Assembly (NCBI GenBank): GCA_951406725.2
Contig: OX597832.1
Span: 27,900,001 to 27,964,000 of the forward strand
Source of the DNA: Octopus vulgaris
Taxonomy: Eukaryota
DNA: 64,000 nt
Direction of reading: 5' to 3'
A model generated the notes under the pieces. That model did no database searches. It was not told the origin of the DNA and saw only the letters and a program-made list of their open reading frames with translations. Below, piece after piece: positions 26,877-40,079 of the stretch. How positions within the stretch are numbered: the stretch's first letter is position 1; each line of letters begins with the position of its first letter. The translations under genes and the position numbers were made by a program.

Positions 26877-27608
26877 CTTGTTTCAGTCACTAGACTACGG
26901 CCATGCTGGAGCACATGACCGGTTTATGGAGTTAGCCAAGGTTAGCTTCATAGCTTCACATCGGACCCTAATGGACGGGACGTTGTAAAGCTAAGTCCTC
27001 CATGGACACAAAACCTTGGGTAAAAGCCCATGGATCGGCTATGAATATCTTTAGCTAAAATACTTCACTGCTCTGCCACTTAAAGAGTGCTTCTTCGGAC
27101 TTATGATTTACTGACAATATATATATATAAATCTTAGAGGCGCATACGTATATATAAATGCACATACACACACACTTAGGTATATATGTGTGCGTGGATG
27201 TTAGTATTCAACCCCCACCAATCAAATCTTTATCCGCCTCTCTCTCAGCCTGGACTACATTTATGAAACTGTAGGGGGTGGGATTTGGCTGTTATTTCTA
27301 GTAGTTAGGACGACCATGTAGACGCTCCCTCATTGGTCTTGTCTGCGTGTAATAGACGTGTGAGTGCGGGCTGGGGGTGGGGGTGGGTTAGCATTTCGTT
27401 TTTCCGAGAAACGTCCTCCTCCGCCTTCGTCTTCACAATCTTCTCTTCCTTCTCCTCCCGTCTTCAGCTTGCTCACGTGGCAAATTTCAAGGGAGGTAAC
27501 TCTTGCTTTTGACATTATTCCTCATTTTTTTTTTTCTCTGCGAGGAATTCTAAGACATGGCATATTTATACGTAGCCCCTCTTGTCCCTATTGCACATAC
27601 GTTTGTGA

Positions 27609-27654
<46 letters not shown>

Positions 27655-27737
27655 TGCAAACCAAATCCAAAAACTATATATATATAGTTTTTGGATTTGG
27701 TTTGCAAGATTCTTTATGTGAGTTCGTGTGTTGAAGC

Positions 27738-28037
27738 ATATTCTGTTGTGTCTGGGGAGAGTCATTCTCCTTTAGGACCTTATACTGTAACACACTCACC
27801 GGTCAAATTTCCACTTGTTTCTTATTTTTATATTCCTAAAATTTTCTTTGCGTCTTGCAACCTTTTCAATAGTTTTTGACTCTGTGAATAACGGACAAAG
27901 TCAAAACTATTGAAAAGGTTGCAAGACGCAACGAAAATTTTTGGAAAATAAAAGTATAAGAAACAAGTGGAAATTTGACCGGTGAGTGTGTTACAGTATA
28001 AGGTCCTAAAGGAGAATGACTCTCCCCAGACACAACA

Positions 28038-28043
<6 letters not shown>
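27738..28043. repeat. Long inverted repeat (about 144-bp arms, 17-nt spacer) between (TA)n tracts; arms carry a U3-A8 hammerhead-like motif
   Basis: 27738-27881 is nearly the reverse complement of 27899-28043. A separate perfect palindrome precedes it at 27652-27709. Confidence 0.95.
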
Positions 28044-28089
<46 letters not shown>

Positions 28090-28458
28090 AGTAAATCTGT
28101 GTTATTTTGTATTCCTTACATCGATTCTGGAAGTATGTGACTCGGATTTCTATTTTGGCGGACCATTTCGTCGGTTTTGTTTTTATCCTGTTTCTTCGAC
28201 TGACGGAGAATCTTTCGTACACTTTACAATGTTGCATTTATTTCGTGGGAACAGCAGACGCGAAGTGGTGCGAGCTTCATGCTCTCTCCTTAATAGAATT
28301 TACGCTCAAGGGGAAGTAGGAATTGAAATCCGATCGTCTAGGTTTAAAAAAGTAGTAGACATCTGTGTAGCGTATGTGTTGTGTGTGTATACACACATAC
28401 ACACACGCAATGTACGTGTATGTATATGTTTGTATGTGTGTATATATATAATATATGT

Positions 28459-28504
<46 letters not shown>

Positions 28505-28556
28505 GTATATATATATATACATACATATACAGAATATGAAGTAGTTATCTACATAC

Positions 28557-28587
<31 letters not shown>

Positions 28588-28636
28588 AACATACATACAT
28601 ATATATATATACATTATATATATATATATATACATA

Positions 28637-28672
<36 letters not shown>

Positions 28673-28989
28673 TATATAAACATACATAAGGTCCAGGAGT
28701 GGTTGTGTGGTATGTAGCTTGCTTCCCAACCACATGGTTCCAAGTTCAGGCCCACTGAGTGGCTCCTTAGGCAAGTGTCTTCTACTGTAGCCTCAGTCCG
28801 ACCAGATACTTGTGAGTGGATTCAGTAAATGGAAACTGGATTTGGTAAACAGAAGCAAATCCACTCACAAGGCTTTAGTTGACCCAAGGCTAAAGTAGAA
28901 GGCATTTCCCCAAGGTGCCATGCAGTGGGTCTGATTCCGGAACCATGTGGTTGAGAAACATACTTTTTGCCACACCTGTGTTAACGATT

Positions 28990-29300
28990 CTCCTAGAATT
29001 TATCCAGGTAAAGAGCCCCTTAAGTGATTGGCATAAAATCAGCTGTGCACCAACTTCTGACCCACAAGCAGTTTGTGTCTCCTCTCTCTGCCTTTGTTAC
29101 CACTACTACGATGCTGGTCCGAGGGTCATCATCACTTATCTCATTCCTGTCCCACTCCCACAACCCATGTTGGGTCCAATGCCCCATGACCTACATTAAT
29201 AATCATTATAGCAAGTCCTTCTTTCCTACAAGCGTGGATCCCTAAAATTCCCTCCCTGTTCATTTATTTTCTGTTGATTTACAAAGGTTCAAGAGAAACA
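28990..29300 (+). mobile_element. Degenerate 3' fragment of a CR1/L2/Jockey-group LINE
   Basis: Broken frames give SSLCLCYHYY and YSKSFFPTSVDP*NSLP, resembling the SLSLFYRYY and SFFPRT..WNSLP motifs at the ORF2 C-terminus. Confidence 0.5.
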
Positions 29301-30142
29301 TTATTTTTCTTCTACAATATATCTTTTGGGATTATGTCATAAAATCAGGTTAAGGGCAGTTTTTTTTACAAGATGTGGGCCTCATCAGACATGGCTCATC
29401 ATCAGGTATGACACTAATTAAAAAAAAAAATTCAAAGTAATTTTATTGTTAGACCTGTGCAGGTGGCATGTAAAAAGCACCATCCGAATGTGGCCATTGC
29501 CAGCGCCACCTTGACTGGCTTCTGTGCCGGTAGCACGTAAGAAACACCAACTGATCGTGGCCGCTGCCAGCCTCCCCTGGCACGTAAAAAGCACCCACTA
29601 CACTCACGGAGTGGTTGGCGTTAAGAAAGGCATCCAGCTGTAGAAACACTGCCAGATCAGACTGGAGCCTGGTGCAGCCTCCTGGCTTCCCAGACCCCGG
29701 TCGAACCGTCCAACCCATGCCAGCATGGAAAACGGACGTTAAACGATGATGATGATGAGGTTCCCACTCTATATGGATTGTGTGCCTGTGTTTATATGTG
29801 GATGTGTTTATATGTGGATGTGTGTATATTGTTAACTAATGAGATCCTGTGTCCATTTTTAATTATGGTTTGCTTTCTTCGTTTTTTGCTGGTTCTAATA
29901 TATAAAACAATTTTTGGAAGTTCCCCTTTTCGTAATTGACTGAAGATTAGAAATGGGAAACTCAGAGTAAAGACTTCCAAAATTTTCAGCTTCCAGCAAC
30001 ACGCAATCACATATACATGTTGTGTATGTATGCATGTGTGTGTGTGTGTGTGTGTATGCATCATGTTTTTTGATGATGTATGCATTTTCAGTTTCAAGTA
30101 GCATACATACACACACATACATACATACATACATATATGTAT

Positions 30143-30184
<42 letters not shown>

Positions 30185-30857
30185 ATATATATATATATCT
30201 ATGCTACTCTAAGCTGAAAATTTCACAGTGTGTTACTCAGAGTTATATACACACTCATTCACATGTATTTATAAATATACACTTGTGTGTGTGTATGTGT
30301 ATATATATATATATATTTATACACACACACGTGTGTATGTATGTACATGTATGAGTGTGCGTGAGCATCTTTGAAAACCCTTTATTTACTGTAATGTTGT
30401 TGTTGTTATTGTTATTATTATTATTATTGTTATTGTTATTGTTATTGTTATTATTATTAGTTCCATCAGTGTGAGTCTTCGATCTATTGTATTTTCTCTC
30501 TCTCTCTCTCTCTCTCTGTATTTACTGTTTCATCAATCCATAATTCTTTGAATTAACACGATCAATACATGTGAGCGTGCATGGATGCACACATGCAGGC
30601 CTCTGTGTGCGAGTGCATGCGCATGCGTGTATGTGTGTGCATGTGCGTGTGTTATTACTTTTCTAATAAATTGTTCCTCTCACACACACACACACTCACA
30701 GCCATATTCCAGCATTGAAATAACATGTCCAGTGTTATTACCATCCGTGTGTCGGTATGCATGTCTATAAGTACTTTTCTCTCTCTCTCTCTGTATATAT
30801 ATGTGTGTATACTTGTGTGTATGTGTCTGTGTATAGATATATATATGTATATATATG

Positions 30858-30917
<60 letters not shown>

Positions 30918-30984
30918 GTGTGTATATATATATATATATAATATATATATGTTTTTTTTGTATATATATATAGATATGTGTGTG

Positions 30985-31018
<34 letters not shown>

Positions 31019-31030
31019 GATATGTGTGTG

Positions 31031-31062
<32 letters not shown>

Positions 31063-31106
31063 AATACATATATATATGTATGTATTATATATATATATAT
31101 ATTGTA

Positions 31107-31148
<42 letters not shown>

Positions 31149-31514
31149 CACACACATCCTCTGTATTTCTTTTGTAGTTGTAAATGAGTCTAAGAGGCCA
31201 GTTTCAGTTTTGATGCTATTGGTTATTTGCCTTAGGTCGTTTCCCCCCACCAACCTTCCCTCACACACCCTGCTTCCCCCACCCCACCCATCTTCCCCCC
31301 TTCCTTTCTCCTCTCATTCGCCTCTCTCTCTTTCTCTCTATTCAACCATATTGTCTTTGTACTCCATGTTCTGTTTATCCGTTTTCTATTCTCTTTTCTT
31401 TTGGAAAACAAAATAATAATAATAATTTTTTTTTTTTTTATGTACATCCAAACCTTCATTACAACAAAAATAGCAACAACAACAACAGCAACAACATCGA
31501 CAACAATAATTTGT

Positions 31515-32195
31515 AATTTTGATGCAAGGCCAACAGTTTTGGTTAGAGGGGTTAAATTGATTACATTGTCCCTTCCCCCCCTTGCCCCAGTGCTCCCCTG
31601 GTACTTATTCTATTGACCCCCAAAAGGATAAAAGGCAGTGTTGACTTCAGTGGAATTTGAACTCTGAACGCAAAGAGCTGGAAGAAATGTTTGGCAAGCA
31701 TTTTGTTCAACGCACCAATAAGTCTGCCAGTTTGTTGCCTTATAAAAATAATGGTTTCAAATTAGGGCACAATTAGGGCAGCAGTTTTTTGAGGGGAGGG
31801 TTCACGTCAATTACATCAGCCCCATTTCTTGACTGGTCCTTGTTTCATTGACCCTGAAAAGATAAAAGGCAAAAATCGATCTCGGCAGGATTTGAACTCA
31901 GAATGTAGACGGACGAATTTGTCTGGTGTGCTTACGATTCTGCCAGCTTGTTGCTTTATATCAATGACAATAATCTTTTCTCCTCTGGGCACAAGGCTCG
32001 AAATTTTTGAGAGAGGAGGCCAGTCGATTACATAGACCCCAGTCCACAACTGGTACTTAATTTATCGACCCCCGAAAGGATGAGAGGCTAAGTTGACCTC
32101 GGCAGAATTTGAACTCAGAACATAAAGATAGATGAAATACCACTAAGCGTTTTGCTCAATATGCTAACAATTTTGCCAATTCACTGCCTTATATC

Positions 32196-32232
<37 letters not shown>

Positions 32233-32455
32233 GTAATTCTATTCTAGTCACAAAGCCTGAAGTATGTGGATTTGTGGGTGGGGGCAAGTTGATTACATTG
32301 ACCCCAGTGTTCAACTGGTACTTATTTTATCGACCCAGAAATTGAATAAAGGCAAAATAGACCCTGGCGAAATTTGAACTCAGAATGTAAAAACAGATGA
32401 AATATGTCTAAGCACTTTGTTTGCTGTGCTTAGGGTTCTGCCATTCTGTTGCCTT
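31515..32455 (-). mobile_element. Array of four diverged family-A-related SINEs in the same orientation
   Basis: aaaggca..gaatttgaactc(a/t)gaa recurs at about 31630, 31865, 32085 and 32350. Confidence 0.75.
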
Positions 32456-32595
32456 ATATCGACGGGCTCTCCCGTCAAAGATGGACATATGAGCATTCGC
32501 GATTGTGGTGATCCTGATGCTCAAACCACTGCACCATGTGATATAAACCTTTTTGGTGGCTCTGCATCCATACATTATATCAAAATTTACTGATT

Positions 32596-32814
32596 TAACC
32601 TTTTATAATTTAAACCAGCCGCATCCGGCCAAATGTTCTGCCCATTTTATGCCATGACTGACTAGATCTGGCCTTTCACACCAACCCCACAATGTCATCC
32701 TAAAACTAAATATTCACATCATTGACTTCTCAAAGTTAGGAGATAATGAATGATTAATTCAAAACAATGCGAATAAATTAGCATTGCGTTTGAGGGATTG
32801 ATCTAAAGGGTAAT
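32596..32814. mobile_element. Diverged copy of the piggyBac-like MITE, inverted relative to 51362-51582
   Basis: tttaaaccagccgcatccggcc..tgattaattcaaaacaat..taaagggtaa aligns to the reverse complement of 51362-51582. Another fragment lies at about 13505-13585. Confidence 0.6.
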
Positions 32815-34237
32815 AAACAGGTCTTCGATTGCTCGTTCCGGGACTCCGATGGCTTGCAGACACTTTTGGAATGAGGAATTTTCAGTGGCTTGGTGAAGCA
32901 GAATGGCTGAGAGAGAGATAAAGATTATTGGATTTGGGTGGGTGGGTGTTTGGGGGTATGTGAGGGAGGGATGAGCCTTGAGGTGATCTCGCTTGGGAAG
33001 CTGTATGATTTCTTTCAATTGTATCTGTGTTTATATTTTGATATATACACAGATGTACACACACATATACACAACAAATACACACATACTCTACATTCAT
33101 ACATACATGGTCTTACATGTACATGTATGTTATTTAATTCAAAAATCAAAATCGATTGATCAACATGAATGGAAATTGTAGCTGTGATACCAGTGCCGGT
33201 GGCACATAAGAGAACCATCCGAACGTGGCTGTTGCCAGCGCCACCCCAACTGGCTTCCATGCCGGTGGCACGTAAAAAGCACGATCCGATCGTGGCCATT
33301 GCCAGCCTCGCCTGGCCTCCGTGCCGGTGGCACGTAAAAAGCACCATAGGATCGTGGCTGTTTGCCAGCCTTGCCTGGCCTCCGTGCTGGTGGCACGTAA
33401 AAAGCACCATAGGATCGTGGCCGTTTGCCAGCCCCGTCTGGCACCTGTGCCGGTGGCACGTAAAAAGCACCCACTACACTCTCGGAGTGGTTGGTGTTAG
33501 GAAGGACATCCAGCTGTAGAAACACTGCCAGATCAGACTGGGCCTGGTGTAACCTTCTGGCTTCCCAGACCCCAGTTGAACCGTCCAACCCATGCCAGCA
33601 TGGAAAGCGGACGCTAAACGATGATGATGATGATGAAATAATAATCATATTTATGATGGAAACTTTCGATCCATCTCCCTAGTGTTGACGCCGTTGCCCC
33701 TCCCCTCGGTTACACATAACATTTCGCTTTGTTTATCTCAAAATATTTTGTTAGCTCCCTCTTGTGGCAGAGAGGTTCCTGGTGTCAGTAATAAAGAAAT
33801 TGTTGTTGATAACAAAATACATATTCTTGTTCTCTGGTTGATATTGAAAGTGTCAATGATTTTTACTGCTCAGCGCCAGCCAGTTTAATGTAAACTGACT
33901 GATAACATTCGTGTCGTAATTTGTTAACACTGTTGACTGGTTTATCAGAGGTCGGATGATGTGGGAGGGTTTGATAGAGCTGTAAATAGTTATAACTGTC
34001 ATAACATTAGTGTAGGGGGCGGGTGCAGTAGATAGTTTACTGCTATCATCAGGTCTTGGATTATATACTTTTCATTATATATACACACCGTAATATATAT
34101 GACTGCTGTATATCATTCTATACACTCTAGCACATTACTGTTATTTATTACATATACCCTTTTATATTACTGCTATGTATGATATAAATCTTATTAGTAT
34201 TGTGTGTTACTATCGAGACCTGTTAACATTGTTATTT

Positions 34238-34870
34238 ATTTCTTTATTGCCCACAAGGGGTTAAACACAGAGAGGACAAACAAGGACAGACAAATGGATT
34301 AAGTCGATTATATCGACCCCAGTGCGTAACTGGTACTTATTTAATCGACCCCGAAAGGATGAAAGGCAAAGTCGACCTCAGTGGAATTTGAACTCAGAAC
34401 GTAGCAGCAGACGAAATACCTATTTCTTTACTACCCACAAGGGGCTGAATACAGAGGGGACAAACAAGGACAGACAAACGGATTAAGTCGATTACATCGA
34501 CCCCAGTGCGTAAAAGGTACTTAATTTATCGACCCTGAAAGGATGAAAGGCAAAGTCGACCTCGGCGGAATTTGAACTCAGAACGTAACGGCAGACAAAA
34601 TACTGCTAAGCATTTCACCTACCGTGCTAACGTTTCTTATTTCTTTATTGCCCACAAGGGGCTAAACATAGAGGGGGACAAACAAGGAGAGACAAAGGGA
34701 TTAAGTCGATTACATCAACCCCAGTGCATAAATGGTACTTATTTAATCAACTCCGAAAGGATGAAAGACAAAGTCGACCTCGGTGGAATTTGAACTCAGA
34801 ACGTAGCAGCAGACAAAGTACCGCTAAGCATTTCGCCCGGCGTGCTAATGTTTCTGCCAATTCACCACCC
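34238..34870 (-). mobile_element. Head-to-tail trimer of SINE family A
   Basis: Three consecutive units of about 190-220 bp, with junctions near 34420 and 34637. Confidence 0.9.
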
Positions 34871-36190
34871 TACCATGTTAACGGAGACCTATTAACATTG
34901 TTACTATAGATTATACAAACCCTAATATATCACTGCTATATATCATACAGAGCCTATAATATTACTGGTGTATATTACTACCAAGACCCTGTTAATGCTG
35001 TGTATTGCTGGCCCTTTCTTCCCATCGTTATGAGATGAAATGTGTTGTTAACGAGATCACCCCTGGTGTGATTTCACATGAGAATCTGGTTGTGCTATTT
35101 CTGGCATTTTCCATCCATTTACTCTGCTATTCTACAGTTTCGGTCTAATAATTTCCTAGGGAATTAAGAACTGTTCCTATTAGCGTCGAGAGGAGAGGAG
35201 GACATGATGTGGTGTATCCGGCAAGGAATTATTCGCCAACATACCAGTGGGCGTGGAAATGCCAACCAGGAATTGCCAGCTAGCCACTATTTGGAATTAT
35301 TACCAAAGTCAGCTGGCAAAAAATGTTAGGTATTTCAGAATGTACCAGGATGGAGATGGTGAAATGATTAAAATAGCCGGCTAGCACTAACAAACCATAA
35401 GACCTCGATGTAGTTGAATGAGAATAAGGTCAACAACATTTAACTTCAAAAATACTGGTTTATCTATGGTTTCACCTGACTGCGACCAGTTTTTGTGAAG
35501 AGATATGAAAGATTAGATGTGTTTTGGACATGAGGAGAGAGGAGAGGAGAATAGCTGCTGCTGCTGCCGCTTTGTGGGTGGTTTGGGTCTTCAGCACGAA
35601 AGAAGGGATCAGGAAAAGTAATTATTAGCAACGGGAGCAGTGTTTGTACCTAAAGGCAATCTTTGTATCCAACTTAATGTGGATGTCTTGTTAGAAAGAG
35701 AAAGAACAACAGTTGGGACAGTCTGAGGAGCAGGGGAGAGTGAACGATGTGGTCCAGGAAGGGGAGAAGGAGACAGCAGGGTCTCTTATCTGGGTCCACG
35801 CATTCCCAAAGGATTTTAGGGGTCACCTTACTTTAAGGAGCAATGAGGAGCCACTTTACCTTAAGGGCAGTGCACATGTATCTTTATTATCAGTGGGGGA
35901 CAGTAAAGGGTCAGCTTGCTTTAATTTGAATGAGGCGGGGCTGTGGGTGGGGTCACTTATAAATATTGAGGGTATTCCTTTAAGGACAATTTTGCAAGGC
36001 AAGACACAAGATTTTGAAATTTTTCTGTATTTCTTCGGTAGACATATTGAATAAATAAAAATGATCGATGATGTAAGTGGCTAACATCTCCATCGCTTGA
36101 CCAGCAGATAGCAGTTTAAGTGACCGGCAATATAAGTGGCCAACATTTATTGGTCAAGCGAAACAAAAGAGCTGCTGCTGCTGCTGCTGC

Positions 36191-36192
<2 letters not shown>

Positions 36193-36222
<30 letters not shown>

Positions 36223-36306
36223 CTTCTTCTTCTTCTTCTTCTTCTTCTTCTTCTTCTTCTTCTTCTTCTTCTTCTTCTTCTTCTTCTTCTTCTTCTTCTT
36301 CTTCTT

Positions 36307-36373
<67 letters not shown>
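36193..36373. repeat. (CTT)n followed by (ATT)n; long GAA/TTC triplet tract
   Basis: Read directly; about 47 uninterrupted CTT units. Confidence 0.97.
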
Positions 36374-36374
<1 letters not shown>

Positions 36375-36596
36375 GGTGAGCTGGTAGAATCATTAACAGG
36401 CACCAAGCATAAAAGCCGTCTGTCTCTTAAGTTCTGATTTCAAACTCCGTCCAGGTCGACATTGCTTTCCATTCCTTTCGGGGTCAGTAACATAAATACC
36501 AATTGAACACTGGGGGCCCATGTAATAAACTCATCCCCTCCCCCAAACTTACTGGCCTTGTGCCAAAATCTGGAACCATTAGTATTATTATTATTA

Positions 36597-36627
<31 letters not shown>

Positions 36628-36898
36628 CATCATTATTATTATTATCATTATTATTATTATTTTTGTTATTATTATTGTTATTCCTGTCCCTAAAAAAACA
36701 ATGCATTGATTACCCTTTCGCACCCCCTTTGTCCAGTTGAAGATTGACTTGGACGTGAAGGGGGGAGGTTGTGGCCTTGATGCATAATTTTTAAAACCAA
36801 TCTCTGGAATGGAACGAGGTTCGTGTCATCAGCGACAACGATGACAATGTTTTAGAGGAGCGTGTGTGGGCGGCGATGACAATGATGATGATGATGAC

Positions 36899-36934
<36 letters not shown>

Positions 36935-37369
36935 TCTTCATTCATATGTTAGTGTATTTTTGTTCCTGCTGTTGTTGTTGTTGTTGTTGGATTGTACGCT
37001 AAGCTAATCGGAACCAGCGTTAAGACAAACACCCTGGTCCCTGCATGTTGGTCGCAAATAAAACAAACATGAGACCTCCCAGAGAAGAGGAAGAGAAACA
37101 ACAATTGCATTCCCCCACTCCCTCTCTCTCTCCCCACTTCTGAACTATAAGAGTCTCCACCTCTCAGTAACCCCCCCTCTCTCTCTCTCTTTATCTATCT
37201 ATCTATGTATGTATATATGTATGTATCTACATATAAGAGAATAAAGTGTACGTAGCCGCTATATATATATATATATATATATATCATCATCATCATCATC
37301 GTTTAACGTCCGTTCTCCATGCTAGCATGGGTTGGACGGTTCGACCGGGGATCTGGGAAGCCAGAAGGC

Positions 37370-37411
<42 letters not shown>

Positions 37412-38442
37412 CAAAATGGGACAAACACGGACGGGACATTCGAAGTGTTTAATCTTCAGTCAAGAACCGGATCATCCTCGCAATTTCGGCTGATTAATCT
37501 TGAGATTGCTCCAATCTGGCCAGCCCCAAGGATAAACTAAGCTAAGAGCATTAGATTCCTCGGAAAAAAGGGATCTATTTATCTGTCTGTCTGTCTGTCT
37601 TTCTTTCTGGCTATCTATTTGTATCTCTGTCTGTCTGTCTGTCTATCTTTATCTATGTCTGTCTCTCCATCCCTATTCCCCCCCTCTCTCATTACACCTC
37701 TCCCCCTCTATCTCTCCCCCCTCCAAACCATCTCAACCACCACCACCACCGCCACCTAGCCTGCCGTCTTGATGTCTGGAGCTGAAGAACACCAGAGCAG
37801 TTGTTTACCCACCAAAAACTAAGTAGGACATACTGTGGTAGTAAGGAGAGGGCGGTGGAGGTGGAGGTGGTGCCGGTGGTGGTGGTGGTGGTGGTGGTGG
37901 TGGTGTGAATTAATGAGGGGGTAGGGGATGATGGTGGTGGTGATGGTGGTGGTGAAGGTAAATGTTGTTGGTAGTGATGTTGGTGGTGGTCATGGGTAGT
38001 CATAGTGGTGGCGATGGAGGTGGTGGTGGTGGTAGTGGTGTGAATTAGTGAGGGGGTGAGGGATGATGGGGGTGGTGGTGGTGGTGGTGAAGGTAAGTGT
38101 TGTTGGTAGTGATGGTGGTGGTGGTGGTGTTGATGGTACATGCCTGAGTGTAATCTGCTGCACCAGTTGATGTAGTAGTTATATTATATAGCCTAACCTG
38201 ACCTTGGAATCTCCCCTCCCCCCCCCCCTCTCTCCCTCTCAGTCCCTCCTCCCCCTCCACAAACACACACACACACACTCTGTCTGTGTGTCTGCCAGAT
38301 GTGCTAAGTCAGCTTCTATACTCTGGCTAGACTCTTTCAAAAAAAAAAAAAAGGAAAAGGAAAAAGAAAAAAGGCCTTCCTTACTACCCCCCCTCCTCAT
38401 GCTTAAACCTTCTACCTCCATTGACAGCTACTGTACACACCC

Positions 38443-38481
<39 letters not shown>

Positions 38482-38664
38482 TATAGCCTTCTTTATTAGA
38501 TTCCAGCAGTAACACCTATGTACATGCATACACGTGTGTGTGTGTGTATAACATACATATATATATATATATATACACAAACACACACACATACACATAC
38601 ATATATATATACAAACACACACACACATATATATACAAACACACACACACACATATATATACAA

Positions 38665-38697
<33 letters not shown>

Positions 38698-38732
38698 CAA
38701 ACACACACACACACATAGATATATATATACAA

Positions 38733-38801
<69 letters not shown>

Positions 38802-39268
38802 CAAACACACACACACACATATATATATATACAAACACACACACACACACACATATAAATATATATATACAAACACACACACACTCATACATATATATAT
38901 ATACAAACACACACACACACACATATAAATATATATATACAAACACACACACACTCATACATATATATATATACAAACACACACACACACACACATACTT
39001 GCTCATATGTGTGTGTGTATATATACATAAACACGTTAAGTGAAAGATTTCCCTTCCTTCTTTCTATCACCCTCTCCATCTGTTTTTCTTTTCCTCGTCT
39101 TTCTTTTTTTCTATTTTAATTATATTTGCTTCAATTTCAGTGTGTGTGTGTGTGCATGTGTATGTATGTGTGTGTGCTTGTGTGTGTGTGTGTGTGTATT
39201 GACAGTTTTATTCAGACATGAGAAATAAACAGGAAAGTGTATGTTTGCAGCTGATATCATCACTATCA

Positions 39269-39299
<31 letters not shown>

Positions 39300-39648
39300 C
39301 ACGTCTGTTATTCCCCCACCCCCCCACCCGTATTTCCATATGTGTCCGATGGATCTTCTCCTCCCCAAAAACCTCACCACTTGTTCTCATCCTTTCGTCA
39401 TGTTTCTTTCTCTGTCAAGTTCATCAATCTCCAATCAACTTTCACCCCTTCTTCTCATATCTTCTTCTTATTATTATTGTTGTTCCTTCTCCTTACCTCT
39501 CTTCACAATTCCTTATCCAAACCTTAACCCTAACCAATCCATCCATACCACTGCCCTCTCCCCTCTTGTAGCCAATTCGTCTTCTTTCGCCTCGCTTTTC
39601 TCACAGATCATTTTATGTTCTGTTCTCATTGCACACCAGTCAAGCCAC

Positions 39649-40079
39649 AAAGCCACAGTCGAACCAATTCTACTATATGGCTCAGAAACCTGGACATTAT
39701 CAAAGAAGCTTGAGAGGCGGTTGGATGGAACCTACACTCACCTCCTTATGAGAGCTCAAAATCTCTCGTGGAGGCGCCATCCAACCAAAATGCAAGTATA
39801 TGGGAAACTACCACCTGTGTCATCTCTTGTGAAAGGTAGGAGAGTCCAGTTTGCTGGACATTGTTGTAGAGCTGAAAAAGAAGTAATTTCTACTCTTCTC
39901 CTCTGGAAGCCATCTACTCACAATACCAGAGGGCGCACACTCTCCTACCCTGATGTAATCTCCAGTGATACAGGCATCCAGCAACAGGACCTCTGTAATG
40001 CTATGATGGACCGTGAAGTCTGGCGTAGCATGGTAAATTCCATTGTCTCGACCACGGTCGAACAATGATGATGATGATG
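39649..40079 (+). mobile_element. 5'-truncated RTE-clade LINE: ORF C-terminus plus (GAT)n tail
   Basis: The open frame KATVEPILLYGSETWTLSKKLERRLDG..RRVQFAGHCCR..AMMDREVWRSMV has the LLYGSETW, GH..R and DR..WR motifs of RTE ORF2 ends. The stop is followed directly by (gat)n. Confidence 0.9.

Noticed and set aside
33195-33475. Regularly spaced gtgccggtggcacgtaaaaagcacc repeats resembling a CRISPR array
   Set aside because: The spacers are similar to each other, the context is eukaryotic and there are no cas genes. They are internal tandem units of SINE family C.
39241-39648. N-terminal half of the 275-aa ORF
   Set aside because: It is a chance open frame through low-complexity sequence upstream of the truncated RTE fragment.
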